Origin: an uncultured delta proteobacterium | GTDB lineage: Bacteria; Desulfobacterota; Desulfobacteria; Desulfobacterales; Desulfosalsimonadaceae | Direction of reading: 5' to 3' | Length of the DNA: 64,000 nt | Assembly (NCBI GenBank): GCA_963826785.1 | Contig: CAWGYD010000001.1 | Span: forward strand, 576,001-640,000 | Part shown: in pieces, positions 52,232 to 61,878 of the stretch | Layout: each line of letters begins with the position of its first letter | Numbering within the stretch: the stretch's first letter is position 1 | Made by a program: the position numbers and the translations under genes | The notes under the pieces: generated by a model | What the model was told of the DNA's origin: nothing | Database searches by the model: none | The model's input: only the letters and a program-made list of their open reading frames with translations

Positions 52232-53197
52232 ATGGGAACGGGGGCGGCAGGAAAGAAAATGGGAATCGACCTCAACAGTCGGATATCTGCTCTAAACGAG
52301 CATTTTGCGCCCATTGTCATCCTGAATGCGCCCATGGCCGACCACACCTCGTTTAAGATCGGCGGGCCGGCGGATGCACTGGCTGCCCCCCGGGATACGG
52401 CGGAACTGGAAGACCTGGTGGCATGGTGCCGAAATCAGGACATTCCATTCATGGTGCTGGGCGCCGGAACCAACCTGCTGGTCAGGGATGCCGGCATCCG
52501 CGGGGTGGTGATTTCCCTGAAGCATTTCTGTGAAATTTTACGGCAGCCTTCGGATCCGGGAACCGTACGGGTCCGAACCATGGCCGGGGCCCGGCTGGGT
52601 GCGCTGTGCCGCTACTGTCTGGTTCATGGCCTGGCCGGCATGAATTTCGCCCTGGGGATTCCCGGAACGGTGGGCGGCGCCATCGTGATGAACGCGGGGA
52701 CCGCCCGGGGGGACATCGATTCTGTTTTAGAGGATATGACGGTGTTGTCCCCTGAAGGCCGCCTGGCGCAATTGAAGCGGCCCGATTTTGAATTCGCCTA
52801 CCGCAGACTGCGCGTGTGCCGAAAAGAATTTGAAGACGCGCTGATCATTTCCGGCGGATTTAAGCTGTTTCCCGCCGATCCGGCTGCGCTTCGGATCGAA
52901 GCGAAGCAGAACATGCTGTCGCGGAAAGCCGGCCAACCCTGGCGGCTGGCCAGCGCCGGGTCATTTTTCAAAAATCCGCCGTCCGGGGAACCGGCCGGCC
53001 GGCTGATCGATCTTTGCGGGTTGAAGGGCTTTCGCATCGGGGATGCACAGGTTTCAAAGATACATGCCAATTTCATCGTCAATCGGGGGAGGGCTGCGGC
53101 CTCGGATGTCATCGCCGTTATGGAGGTGGTCCGGAAGACCGTACATGGGCGGTTTAACATTTTACTGGAACCGGAAGTGAAAATTGTTGGGACATAG
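52232..53197 (+). CDS. murB: UDP-MurNAc dehydrogenase
   Basis: HTSFKIGGPA, GIPGTVGGAIVMNAG, SAGSFFKNP, HANFIVN, LEPEV. Confidence 0.95.
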   Translation: MGTGAAGKKMGIDLNSRISALNEHFAPIVILNAPMADHTSFKIGGPADALAAPRDTAELEDLVAWCRNQDIPFMVLGAGTNLLVRDAGIRGVVISLKHFCEILRQPSDPGTVRVRTMAGARLGALCRYCLVHGLAGMNFALGIPGTVGGAIVMNAGTARGDIDSVLEDMTVLSPEGRLAQLKRPDFEFAYRRLRVCRKEFEDALIISGGFKLFPADPAALRIEAKQNMLSRKAGQPWRLASAGSFFKNPPSGEPAGRLIDLCGLKGFRIGDAQVSKIHANFIVNRGRAAASDVIAVMEVVRKTVHGRFNILLEPEVKIVGT

Positions 53198-54050
53198 AAC
53201 CGTACGCAAAAACAGGTACAGGAAAAAACCGGAAGAGGAGCGGGGGGGCGGGTTTTCCCTCCGGGAGGTGGGACGGATCAGTCTGCGCATGGTCTGCATG
53301 ATCCTGATGTGCATGCTCATGAGCATCACATTTATTTTCGGCCATGACCTGCTCACCCAGTGCGATTACTTCAAAGCGGAGCAGGTTCGGGTCAGGGGTG
53401 CATCGCGGCTGCCCGAAGCGGAGATCCTGAAAACCGCAGAAATCGGGCCCGGCGTCAACATCCTGTCCATCAACCTGTCCACGGCCCGCAAACGGCTGCT
53501 GTCCCATCCGTGGATTGCCCAGGCCGACGTCTACCGGGAACTGCCCAGGTCCATCACCATCGTGATCGAGGAACAGCAGCCCATAGCGGTCCTGGACCTG
53601 GGCAAACCGTTTCTGATCAATCATCGGGGCAATATTTTCAAAGAGGCGGCGCCGTCCGAATCGGGGAATATGCCCGTGATCTGCGGGATCAATTACCCGG
53701 ACTGGAAAACCGATGAGAATAATCAGCCCCGGGTGTTTTCATCGCTGATGGAGGTGCTCTGTTTAGGTCGATCCTCCATCGGGGTGCTTCCGAATGCAAT
53801 GATCAAAAAAATATTGGTGGACCGGGAAATCGGGCTGACGCTGAAGATTGACGGCCCGGTCAAAACCGTCTGCCTGGGATTCGATAAGTATCCGGTAAAA
53901 TACGAGCGCCTGTCGCGAATCCTGGCGTATCAGAATCAGAACGACGCCCTTCCGGCCATCGGGAATCTCGATTTGAGAAATCCGGACCGGGTTGTCGCAA
54001 GACCCGCATCGGAATCGGATCAATCCGGTACCGAGAAAGAGGAGGTTTGA
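53184..54050 (+). CDS. ftsQ: cell division protein FtsQ/DivIB
   Basis: TM plus POTRA (HPWIAQADVYRELP), C-terminal LDLR; between murB and ftsA. Confidence 0.88.
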   Translation: MLGHRTVRKNRYRKKPEEERGGGFSLREVGRISLRMVCMILMCMLMSITFIFGHDLLTQCDYFKAEQVRVRGASRLPEAEILKTAEIGPGVNILSINLSTARKRLLSHPWIAQADVYRELPRSITIVIEEQQPIAVLDLGKPFLINHRGNIFKEAAPSESGNMPVICGINYPDWKTDENNQPRVFSSLMEVLCLGRSSIGVLPNAMIKKILVDREIGLTLKIDGPVKTVCLGFDKYPVKYERLSRILAYQNQNDALPAIGNLDLRNPDRVVARPASESDQSGTEKEEV

Positions 54051-54051
54051 T

Positions 54052-55278
54052 GTGAAACATCAGGAAGAACTGATCGTGGGCCTGGATATCGGCACGACGA
54101 AAATCTGCACGGTGGTGGCCGAATTTTCGGATAACAACGTGAATATCGTCGGCATCGGGAGCCATCCCTCAGTCGGACTTCGCAAAGGCGTCGTGGTCAA
54201 CATCGATTCCACGGTCGAATCCATCAAAAAGGCGGTGGAAGAAGCCGAGGTCATGGCCGGCTGTGAAATCTCATCCGTCTATACCGGAATTGCGGGCGGG
54301 CACATCACAGGGTTTAACAGCAACGGCATTATCGCGGTCAAGGGGGAGGAGATCACCCAGGCCGATGTGGACCGGGTGATCGAGGCGGCGCGCGCGGTGG
54401 CCATTCCCATGGACCGGGAAGTCATCCATGTCCTTCCCCAGGAGTTCATCGTGGACGGCGAACCGGGCATCAACAACCCTGTGGGCATGGCCGGCGTCCG
54501 GCTCGAAGCCAAGATTCACATCGTCACCGGTGCGGTGACCTCTGCCCAGAATATTGTCAAATGCTGCAACAAGGCGGGTTTGGACGTGAGCGACATCATC
54601 CTGGAGCCGATCGCCTCCAGTGAAGCCGTGATCACCCCCGAAGAAAAAGAGATCGGATGCGGACTGATCGATATCGGCGGCGGCACCACCGATCTGGCGA
54701 TTTTTTCCGGCAATAACATCAAACACACCTTCGTGCTCTCCATCGGCGGAAACAACATGACCAACGATATTTCCGTTGGCCTGCGGACGCCCATGGCGGA
54801 AGCGGAAAAGATCAAGGTCCAGTACGGGACCTGCCTGGCCGACAAGATCAAGAGCGATGAAACCATCGAAATATCGGATCTGACCGGACGAGGGCCCCGA
54901 AAACTTCCCCGCCAGATCCTGGCCGAAATCCTGGAGCCCCGGGTGGAGGAGATTTTCACCCTGATCAAGCGGGAGATTCACCGGGCCGGCATGAAAGATT
55001 CCATCTCATCAGGGATCATCCTGACCGGCGGGGCCTGCCTGCTGGAGGGGATTTCCGATATCGCCGAATCGGTATTCGAGCTTCCCGTCCGGGTGGGCAC
55101 GCCCCGGGGGATCACCGGACTGGTGGATGTGGTGAACAGCCCCATGTACGCCACCGGAGTGGGGCTGGTGATCTATGGTTCTAAAAACCAGGAAAAGAAG
55201 AAATTCAGGATACGGGATTCCAACATTTTCAATCGCATCATGAAACGCATGAAAACATGGTTCAAGGAAATTATCTGA
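54052..55278 (+). CDS. ftsA: cell division protein FtsA
   Basis: GLDIGTTKIC, GLRKGVVVNI, DIGGGTTD; GTG start after GGAGG. Confidence 0.96.
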   Translation: MKHQEELIVGLDIGTTKICTVVAEFSDNNVNIVGIGSHPSVGLRKGVVVNIDSTVESIKKAVEEAEVMAGCEISSVYTGIAGGHITGFNSNGIIAVKGEEITQADVDRVIEAARAVAIPMDREVIHVLPQEFIVDGEPGINNPVGMAGVRLEAKIHIVTGAVTSAQNIVKCCNKAGLDVSDIILEPIASSEAVITPEEKEIGCGLIDIGGGTTDLAIFSGNNIKHTFVLSIGGNNMTNDISVGLRTPMAEAEKIKVQYGTCLADKIKSDETIEISDLTGRGPRKLPRQILAEILEPRVEEIFTLIKREIHRAGMKDSISSGIILTGGACLLEGISDIAESVFELPVRVGTPRGITGLVDVVNSPMYATGVGLVIYGSKNQEKKKFRIRDSNIFNRIMKRMKTWFKEII

Positions 55279-55323
55279 AACTATTCCGGCTGCAACGAAA
55301 ACCAAAAACAGGGAGGTGGTCAC

Positions 55324-56577
55324 ATGAGTTTTTCTTTAGTCGATTCTGAAAATTCCGCAAAAATCAAAGTGATCGGCGTGGGCGGCGGCGGTGGAAACGC
55401 AGTCAACAACATGATCACGGCAAACCTGACGGGGATCAGCTTCATCGTCGCCAACACCGATTCCCAGGCGCTGGCCAATGCCAAGGCCAACACCAAGATC
55501 CAGCTGGGAGAGGTTCTCACCGAAGGGCTCGGCGCCGGGGCAGACCCTTCAGTGGGCCGGGATGCGGCACTCGAATCCGCCGAGGTGATCCGGCAGTCAC
55601 TGGCGGACAGCCACATGGTGTTTATCGCCGCGGGTCTGGGCGGCGGCACCGGCACCGGTGCGGCGCCGGTCATTGCCGAAATCTGCAAGGAGATGGGCGC
55701 CCTGACCGTGGCCGTGGTGACCCGGCCGTTTGCCTTCGAAGGCGGAAAAAGAAGAAAGCAGGCCGAAGACGGCATCGCCAAGCTAAAGGAAGTGGCCGAC
55801 ACGGTCATCACCATTCCCAATGACCGCCTGCGGGCCCTGGCCTCCAAGAAATCAAAGCTCACCGACATGTTCAAGATGGCAGACGATATCCTGCACCAGA
55901 GCGTCAAGGGGATCACCGACCTGATCATGCGGCCCGGGCTGATCAACCTTGATTTCGCGGATGTCAAAGCCACCATGTCCAAGGCTGGAATGGCCATCAT
56001 GGGCATCGGCGTGGCGTCCGGCGAGAACCGGGCCATCGAGGCGGCTGAGCGGGCCATCTCCCATCCGCTTCTGGAAGACAACTCCATTGTGGGCGCCCGG
56101 GGCGTGCTCATGAACATCACCTGTAATTCGGATCTGACCATGGAGGAGACCATAGAGGCCTCCGAGCGGATCTATAATGAAATCGGAAATGAAGATGTGG
56201 AGATCATCTGGGGAACGGCTGTGGATGATTCCCTGGGCGACGAACTGCGGGTGACCGTGATCGCCACCGGCATCGGCGAAACCCGCGGCAGGCTTGGCAA
56301 TTCGGATGTGCGCAGGCTGCATCACCGTCCCCAGCCCCAGCAGCAGGTGCAGCCGCCCGCCGGAAAAGTCCGGGTGGCCACTCCCGAAGACCTGCGCTAT
56401 TTTGAAAATGAACTGGTCCGCCCCGCTTATATCCGCAAACAGGAAGCGGCCAAGGAACATCGCATGGAAGAAGACCGGAAAGTCAAGCATTTCACCGCCA
56501 AGGACAAAGGCCGCACCGGAGAGGATGCCTTTGTGGATTATGATATCCCGACCTTTTTGCGCAGAAAAGCAGACTGA
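55324..56577 (+). CDS. ftsZ: cell division protein FtsZ
   Basis: GVGGGGGNAV, GLGGGTGTG, INLDFADV, C-terminal DIPTFLR. Confidence 0.98.
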   Translation: MSFSLVDSENSAKIKVIGVGGGGGNAVNNMITANLTGISFIVANTDSQALANAKANTKIQLGEVLTEGLGAGADPSVGRDAALESAEVIRQSLADSHMVFIAAGLGGGTGTGAAPVIAEICKEMGALTVAVVTRPFAFEGGKRRKQAEDGIAKLKEVADTVITIPNDRLRALASKKSKLTDMFKMADDILHQSVKGITDLIMRPGLINLDFADVKATMSKAGMAIMGIGVASGENRAIEAAERAISHPLLEDNSIVGARGVLMNITCNSDLTMEETIEASERIYNEIGNEDVEIIWGTAVDDSLGDELRVTVIATGIGETRGRLGNSDVRRLHHRPQPQQQVQPPAGKVRVATPEDLRYFENELVRPAYIRKQEAAKEHRMEEDRKVKHFTAKDKGRTGEDAFVDYDIPTFLRRKAD

Positions 56578-56631
56578 TATTCATCACAATGTATCATTAT
56601 TAATGCAGCCCGTTTCACCTCCCTGAACAGC

Positions 56632-56691
56632 CGGACTTTCCGGCGGAAGGAGACGGAATTATCTTCCGCCTCCTTCCGCCGGGCAGGTCCG
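56632..56691 (+). terminator. strong GC hairpin after ftsZ (terminator or stabiliser)
   Basis: ccggcggaaggag...ctccttccgccgg 13-bp stem with extensions; no clear U-tract. Confidence 0.55.
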
Positions 56692-56991
56692 ATTCCCCAT
56701 GGATATCCGCATACAAAGTCCTTGACAAACCAGCCCCAAAATATTAGGTAAACCTTTTCCATTTTCTGCCGAATCCGCGGGCAAATTACCATTCAATGCT
56801 TTTGATATCCCGTAAACGCCCGGGAACGGCAAGAGACAGACGCCATCCAGGTTTCACCTGAGCCTCGCCTGTTTAACCGGGCGATTGCGGGAAAGGGGGT
56901 CCTGCAGATAACGGATATGAACCGATAGTATCACTCAACAGGATGCTTTTCGGTTTTTTTTGGATTTTGTCCCTTTGAAAGGAATTGCAGC

Positions 56992-57624
56992 ATGTCTTCT
57001 AAGAAAGAACTGAGCATCGCGTATATTGTCGGGATCGTGTGCATTATCGTGGGAGCGCTGTCCTACAGCGTGCTCTCGGCCAAACCGCCGGAAGAGCCCC
57101 GCCGGATCATGCTGACGGCCACCGGCGGCAATGTCCTGTTTGACCACCGGAATCACAGCGAGGCCTATGGACTGGAGTGCACCGGCTGCCATCATCCGAT
57201 CCTGGCGGGAGCGGGCGAAACAGAGGCCTGCGGCCAGTGCCACACCAAAGAGAGCGAATATGTGCCGGCGCTGGGCGAAAAGGGAAAGTTCAATCATGAC
57301 GCCCATAGCATGGATTACGGGTTGAGCTGCACCGATTGCCACCACAACTATACGGAAGGCGATCCGGGCGGACCGGAACTGTGCACGGTATGCCACCAGG
57401 CCGGAATGGGGGATGACGTCATTCCGGGCCGGAAAGAGGCCTTTCACCAGCAGTGCATCGGCTGCCACGAAGAGTTGGGTATATCGCCCGGAAAAACGGA
57501 CTGCAATGCTTGTCATGTCCCCCGGAAGCGGACCGATGCATTTCACGACCAGTGCGCGGGATGCCATGAAGAGATGGGTGCCGGGCCGGCCAAGGCGGAT
57601 TGCAAAACCTGTCACGGTTATTAA
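56992..57624 (+). CDS. membrane-anchored octaheme cytochrome c3-family protein (Rnf-associated)
   Basis: N-terminal TM; 8 CxxCH motifs (CTGCH, CGQCH, CTDCH, CTVCH, CIGCH, CNACH, CAGCH, CKTCH). Confidence 0.92.
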   Translation: MSSKKELSIAYIVGIVCIIVGALSYSVLSAKPPEEPRRIMLTATGGNVLFDHRNHSEAYGLECTGCHHPILAGAGETEACGQCHTKESEYVPALGEKGKFNHDAHSMDYGLSCTDCHHNYTEGDPGGPELCTVCHQAGMGDDVIPGRKEAFHQQCIGCHEELGISPGKTDCNACHVPRKRTDAFHDQCAGCHEEMGAGPAKADCKTCHGY

Positions 57625-57689
57625 TTACTGCCCTTTCGGGGCAGGGCATTTTGCCGTTATTCATTCAAGCGTTTTAAAAAGGTTGATCC

Positions 57690-58979
57690 ATGATTAAGCG
57701 ATCATTTTTCGGATTTATCAAACCGAAGCTCAGGTATGAAACCATCGACGACATCCAGTCGGAACCGGTGGCCGTATCCCCCTCTTCGCGCATCATTTTG
57801 TTTTTCGATGAGAAGCTCGACTCCCAGTCGGGTGCGCTGCTGAAGGTCGGGGACCTGATCAGCCGGGGGCAGAAGCTGAAATTGTCCGCCGGATCCGATC
57901 AATATGCCATCGCCAGCCGGTCGGGACGGATCGTTGCCATCACGCCCATGATCGGGCTGATGGGCAAACCCATGACGTCGGTCGCCATCGACATTGATGA
58001 TGAGGCAAATCAACGCATGGACGAGGGGTTTAAAGAAATCTCGACTGCTCCCACACTGGAGAACGCCCGGGCGTATCTGAGCGGGCTGGCGGGCAAACCG
58101 GATCTGAGCGTTTTTGACGACCCAGAACATCCGGTCAAGTCCATCATCGTCGTGGGTGCGGACAACGATCTGCTGAGCATGACCCAACAGCATTTTGTCA
58201 AATCCGCCGTCGTCTGCATCAAGACCGGTGTGGAGATCCTGCGCAAACTGACCGGTATCCACAATGTGGTCCTGGTGGTGCCCCATCATCTGGCGCAGGT
58301 GGCGGGGTCTGCCGGCACGGTGGTCAAAACAGTGGATTCGGAATACCCTGCGGCCCACCCCCAGTTGATTCTGCGGCACATTCTGGAAGAGACATCCGGC
58401 AGCGGCACGCCGCAAGACGCACCGCAAACGGCGATGTTTACGGCTGAATCGGTCTGCGCCATCGGGGCCGCATTCAACACCGGCCAGTTGTCCTTGGACA
58501 AGCTGGTCACCTATGTTGCCAAAGACGGCGCAAAGCATCTGGTCACCGTGCCCATCGGAACCCCCTTGAAGGATATTCTCAATGCCTTCGGACACCGTCT
58601 GGATGAGGGCGATCGGGTGATTTTCGGCGGCCCCATGACCGGCGTCTCGGTATATTCCGAGGACCATCCGGTGCTGGCCGATACCAACATGATCATGGTC
58701 CAGAAAGAATCCGATATCATAGAGCGCGAAGACATCTATTGCATCAATTGCGGTGAGTGCGTCCGGATATGTCCGGCAAACATCGGCGTCAATCTGCTGA
58801 TCCGGTATCTGGAGGCGGGACTGTATGAAACAGCCGAGGAGCAGGCTGATCTGCATTCCTGCATCGAGTGCGGCCTCTGCAGTTATGTGTGTGAATCCCG
58901 GATCCCGATCTTTCAGCACATCATGCTGGCCAAGCACACGCTGGAGAAAATGAAAGCGGCGGAGGAAAACAATGCCTGA
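57690..58979 (+). CDS. rnfC: RnfC-like subunit, divergent
   Basis: VPIGTP, GGPMTG, CINCGECVRICP, CIECGLCSYVCES; operon position. Confidence 0.85.
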   Translation: MIKRSFFGFIKPKLRYETIDDIQSEPVAVSPSSRIILFFDEKLDSQSGALLKVGDLISRGQKLKLSAGSDQYAIASRSGRIVAITPMIGLMGKPMTSVAIDIDDEANQRMDEGFKEISTAPTLENARAYLSGLAGKPDLSVFDDPEHPVKSIIVVGADNDLLSMTQQHFVKSAVVCIKTGVEILRKLTGIHNVVLVVPHHLAQVAGSAGTVVKTVDSEYPAAHPQLILRHILEETSGSGTPQDAPQTAMFTAESVCAIGAAFNTGQLSLDKLVTYVAKDGAKHLVTVPIGTPLKDILNAFGHRLDEGDRVIFGGPMTGVSVYSEDHPVLADTNMIMVQKESDIIEREDIYCINCGECVRICPANIGVNLLIRYLEAGLYETAEEQADLHSCIECGLCSYVCESRIPIFQHIMLAKHTLEKMKAAEENNA

Positions 58980-59940
58980 TACTGTCAAACTGACCGTCTC
59001 GTATGCCCCGTTCTGGCACAACGGGAGCAAAATTTCGACCAAAAGCTACAACATTCTGCTTGCCGGCCTGCTTCCTGTGGCTTTCGGGATCTGGCAGTAC
59101 GGTATTGCCGCCCTTGGGGTCGTGACGCTTGCCATCGGTTCGGCTATTTTCTGGGAACTGCTGATGAATTTCATCATGCGCCGTCCGGTTTCCATCGGAG
59201 ACGGGAATGCGGCGGTGATCGGCATGGTTCTGGCCATGCTGATGCCGGCCACCACCCCCTGGTGGATCGTGGTTTTCGGAACACTGGTGGCGGTGGTCAT
59301 CGGAAAGCAGATTTTCGGCGGCATCGGCGGCAATCCGTTTAATCCGACCATCGTTGCCTTTGCCATCCTCATGCTCTCCTGGCCGCTCTATTTTGATTTC
59401 AATGCGGCCCTGGTCAATTATGAATTTTCCTTCAACCCGGTCTACCCGCTGGTGCTGGCCAAGTCCTTCGGTTCCGGGGCGGTGGCTTCCTTTAGCTTGA
59501 AAGACCTGCTGCTGGGCCATCAGGTGGGCGGCATCGGGTCCACCTTCTCCCTGGGCGTGATCGTCGCCGGGATTTACCTGATGCTCAGAGGATTCATCCG
59601 GTGGGAAATTTCGATTTCCTTCCTGATCGGGGTGATGGTGACCGCGTTTTTCTTTAACCGGGCCAACCCGGTTGCCTATGCCAGCCCCGGCTTTCATCTG
59701 CTGACCGGCTACACCCTGGTGGGGGCCTTCTTCCTGGCCACCGAGGATTCATCATCGCCGGTCAACCTGATACCGATGCTGATCTACGGAATGCTGGGCG
59801 GTGTCCTGACGGTCCTCATCCGGAACATCGGCGCCCACACGGAAGGGGTGCTCTACGCCATCCTGGTGATCAATCTGGCCAATCCCCTGATCGACAAAAT
59901 CAGACCCAAAGCAACGGGAAAGGTAATCAGTCATGCGTGA
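58972..59940 (+). CDS. rnfD: RnfD subunit
   Basis: GKQIFGGIGGNPFNP, GAFFLATE..SSP, EGVLYAIL. Confidence 0.9.
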   Translation: MPDTVKLTVSYAPFWHNGSKISTKSYNILLAGLLPVAFGIWQYGIAALGVVTLAIGSAIFWELLMNFIMRRPVSIGDGNAAVIGMVLAMLMPATTPWWIVVFGTLVAVVIGKQIFGGIGGNPFNPTIVAFAILMLSWPLYFDFNAALVNYEFSFNPVYPLVLAKSFGSGAVASFSLKDLLLGHQVGGIGSTFSLGVIVAGIYLMLRGFIRWEISISFLIGVMVTAFFFNRANPVAYASPGFHLLTGYTLVGAFFLATEDSSSPVNLIPMLIYGMLGGVLTVLIRNIGAHTEGVLYAILVINLANPLIDKIRPKATGKVISHA

Positions 59941-60526
59941 AATGATAAAAATGGTCATCGTCCTGACACTGCTGAGCAGTATTTCCGGCGGTCTGCTGGC
60001 GGCGGTCCGCAGCAGCACCAAAGAGCGGATCGAAGGTCAGGTGCTGGAATTCGTGCAGGGGCCGGCCATCCGGAAAATCATGGAGGGTGCCTCGAATGAT
60101 CCCATCAAAGACCGGTTTACGTTAAAGTCCGGGGATACCGAAAAGAACTTCTTTGTCGGTGTGTTCGACGGCAAGCCCAGCGTGGTGGCTTTTGAAACCT
60201 CTGCCACCGGATTCGGAGGCGAAGTGGGGATCATGGTGGGGGTGGACGTGAAAACGGACAAGATCGTCGGCATCGACGCCACCACCCTCAGTGAAAGCCC
60301 CGGCTACGGCGCCAACCTGGTGACCGACAAGGAATTCAAGAACCAGTTTAAAGGGATGCCGATTGCATCGGCGCCCAAGGTGAAAAAGGACGGCGGCGAT
60401 ATCAACGCCCTGTCCGGCGCCACCATTACCTCCCGGGCAACGGCTGCGGCGGTGACCAAAGCCGGTGAAATCTATCAGCAGTTCAAGCCCGAAATTGAAA
60501 AGCAATTAAATACGTTTTCCGGATAA
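59933..60526 (+). CDS. rnfG: RnfG subunit
   Basis: GFGG, ESPGYG, covalent-FMN motif SGATITS. Confidence 0.92.
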   Translation: MREMIKMVIVLTLLSSISGGLLAAVRSSTKERIEGQVLEFVQGPAIRKIMEGASNDPIKDRFTLKSGDTEKNFFVGVFDGKPSVVAFETSATGFGGEVGIMVGVDVKTDKIVGIDATTLSESPGYGANLVTDKEFKNQFKGMPIASAPKVKKDGGDINALSGATITSRATAAAVTKAGEIYQQFKPEIEKQLNTFSG

Positions 60527-60540
60527 GGGAGATCAGTCAT

Positions 60541-61155
60541 ATGGCTAAAACAATCACGCAGGAATTTGTAAAGGGCCTTTGGGAAGAGATCCCCCCGTTT
60601 CGACTGGTCCTGGGGCTCTGTCCCACGCTGGCGGTTACCAAAACCGTGGAAAACGGCATCGGGATGGGCGTGGCCACGACATTCGTACTGGTATGTTCCA
60701 ACATCCTGGTGGCCATGCTGCGCAATGTCATACCCGCCAAGATCCGGATCGCCTGTTTCATTATCATCATCGCCACCTTCGTGACGGTGGTCGAACTGGT
60801 CATGCAGGCATTTGCCTATCCCCTGTATCTCAAGCTGGGCATCTTCATCCCCCTGATCGTGGTCAACTGTATCGTGCTGGGGCGTGCCGAAGCCTTCGCC
60901 TTTAAAAACAAGATCATGCCGTCCATCGCCGATGGTTTGGGAATCGGCCTGGGATTTACGCTGTCGCTGGCCACCCTCGGGTCGGTTCGGGAATTGTTCG
61001 GCTACGGGACCCTGACGTTCTGGGAAAAACCGGCTTTTAACCTGGCCCATATCATCCCGTCCTTTCAGCCGTTTTCTTTCATGGTGGAAGCGCCGGGGGC
61101 GTTTGTCTGCCTGGGGCTGCTTCTGTGCTTCATGAACATGGCCGGCAAAAAGTAA
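60541..61155 (+). CDS. rnfE: RnfE subunit
   Basis: LGLCPTLAVT, FIPLIVVNCIVLGRAEAFA. Confidence 0.94.
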   Translation: MAKTITQEFVKGLWEEIPPFRLVLGLCPTLAVTKTVENGIGMGVATTFVLVCSNILVAMLRNVIPAKIRIACFIIIIATFVTVVELVMQAFAYPLYLKLGIFIPLIVVNCIVLGRAEAFAFKNKIMPSIADGLGIGLGFTLSLATLGSVRELFGYGTLTFWEKPAFNLAHIIPSFQPFSFMVEAPGAFVCLGLLLCFMNMAGKK

Positions 61156-61201
61156 ACCGGAATTTTTTTCATCGAAAAACGATGAAACACGAGGAGAGGT
61201 T

Positions 61202-61777
61202 ATGAGCGATCTGTTCGTACTGGTTATCAGTTGCATCTTCATCAATAATATCCTGCTGGCCCAGTATCTGGGCAACTGCCCGTTTCTCGGCACATCCAAG
61301 AAAATGGAGACCGCGGTGGGCATGGCCATGGCCGTGGTTTTCGTTCTGGTTCTGGCCGGCGTGATCACCTGGATCGTCAACATTTATTTTCTCAAAAGGC
61401 TGGGGATCGAATTTCTCCAGACCATCTCCTTTATCCTGGTGATCGCATCCCTGGTCCAGTTCGTGGAGATGTTTCTGAAAAAAAGCATCCCCGCGCTGTA
61501 TGCGGGACTGGGCATTTTTCTGCCCCTGATCACCACCAACTGCGCGGTCATGGGCGTCTGTCTGATCAACATCAAGGAAGGATACACCTTTACCCAGGCC
61601 CTGATTGCCTCGTTTGCCTACGCCGTGGGTTTCGGTTTCGCCCTGATCCTGTTCACCGGGATCCGGGAGCGGATCATCCTGGCCCGGGTGCCCAAGCCGC
61701 TGCAGGACACGTCCATCGGACTGGTGACCGCCGGCCTGATTTCACTGGCGTTTTTCGCCTTTCAGGGAATGGTCTGA
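61202..61777 (+). CDS. rnfA: RnfA subunit
   Basis: YLGNCPFLG, LGIFLPLITTNCAVMG. Confidence 0.94.
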   Translation: MSDLFVLVISCIFINNILLAQYLGNCPFLGTSKKMETAVGMAMAVVFVLVLAGVITWIVNIYFLKRLGIEFLQTISFILVIASLVQFVEMFLKKSIPALYAGLGIFLPLITTNCAVMGVCLINIKEGYTFTQALIASFAYAVGFGFALILFTGIRERIILARVPKPLQDTSIGLVTAGLISLAFFAFQGMV

Positions 61778-61878
61778 TCCGGGAAATCTTTGCCTTTTAT
61801 CTCTTGAATTTCCAGGGACAGCCACTATTTTCTGAGGAAATCTTCGGTTTAAAAACACATTAACGTAAAGAGGATATT

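Noticed and set aside
56572..56589. Rex-like operator upstream of the rnf operon (gactgatattcatcacaa)
   Set aside because: Only one half-site matches well, and it overlaps the ftsZ stop upstream of the hairpin
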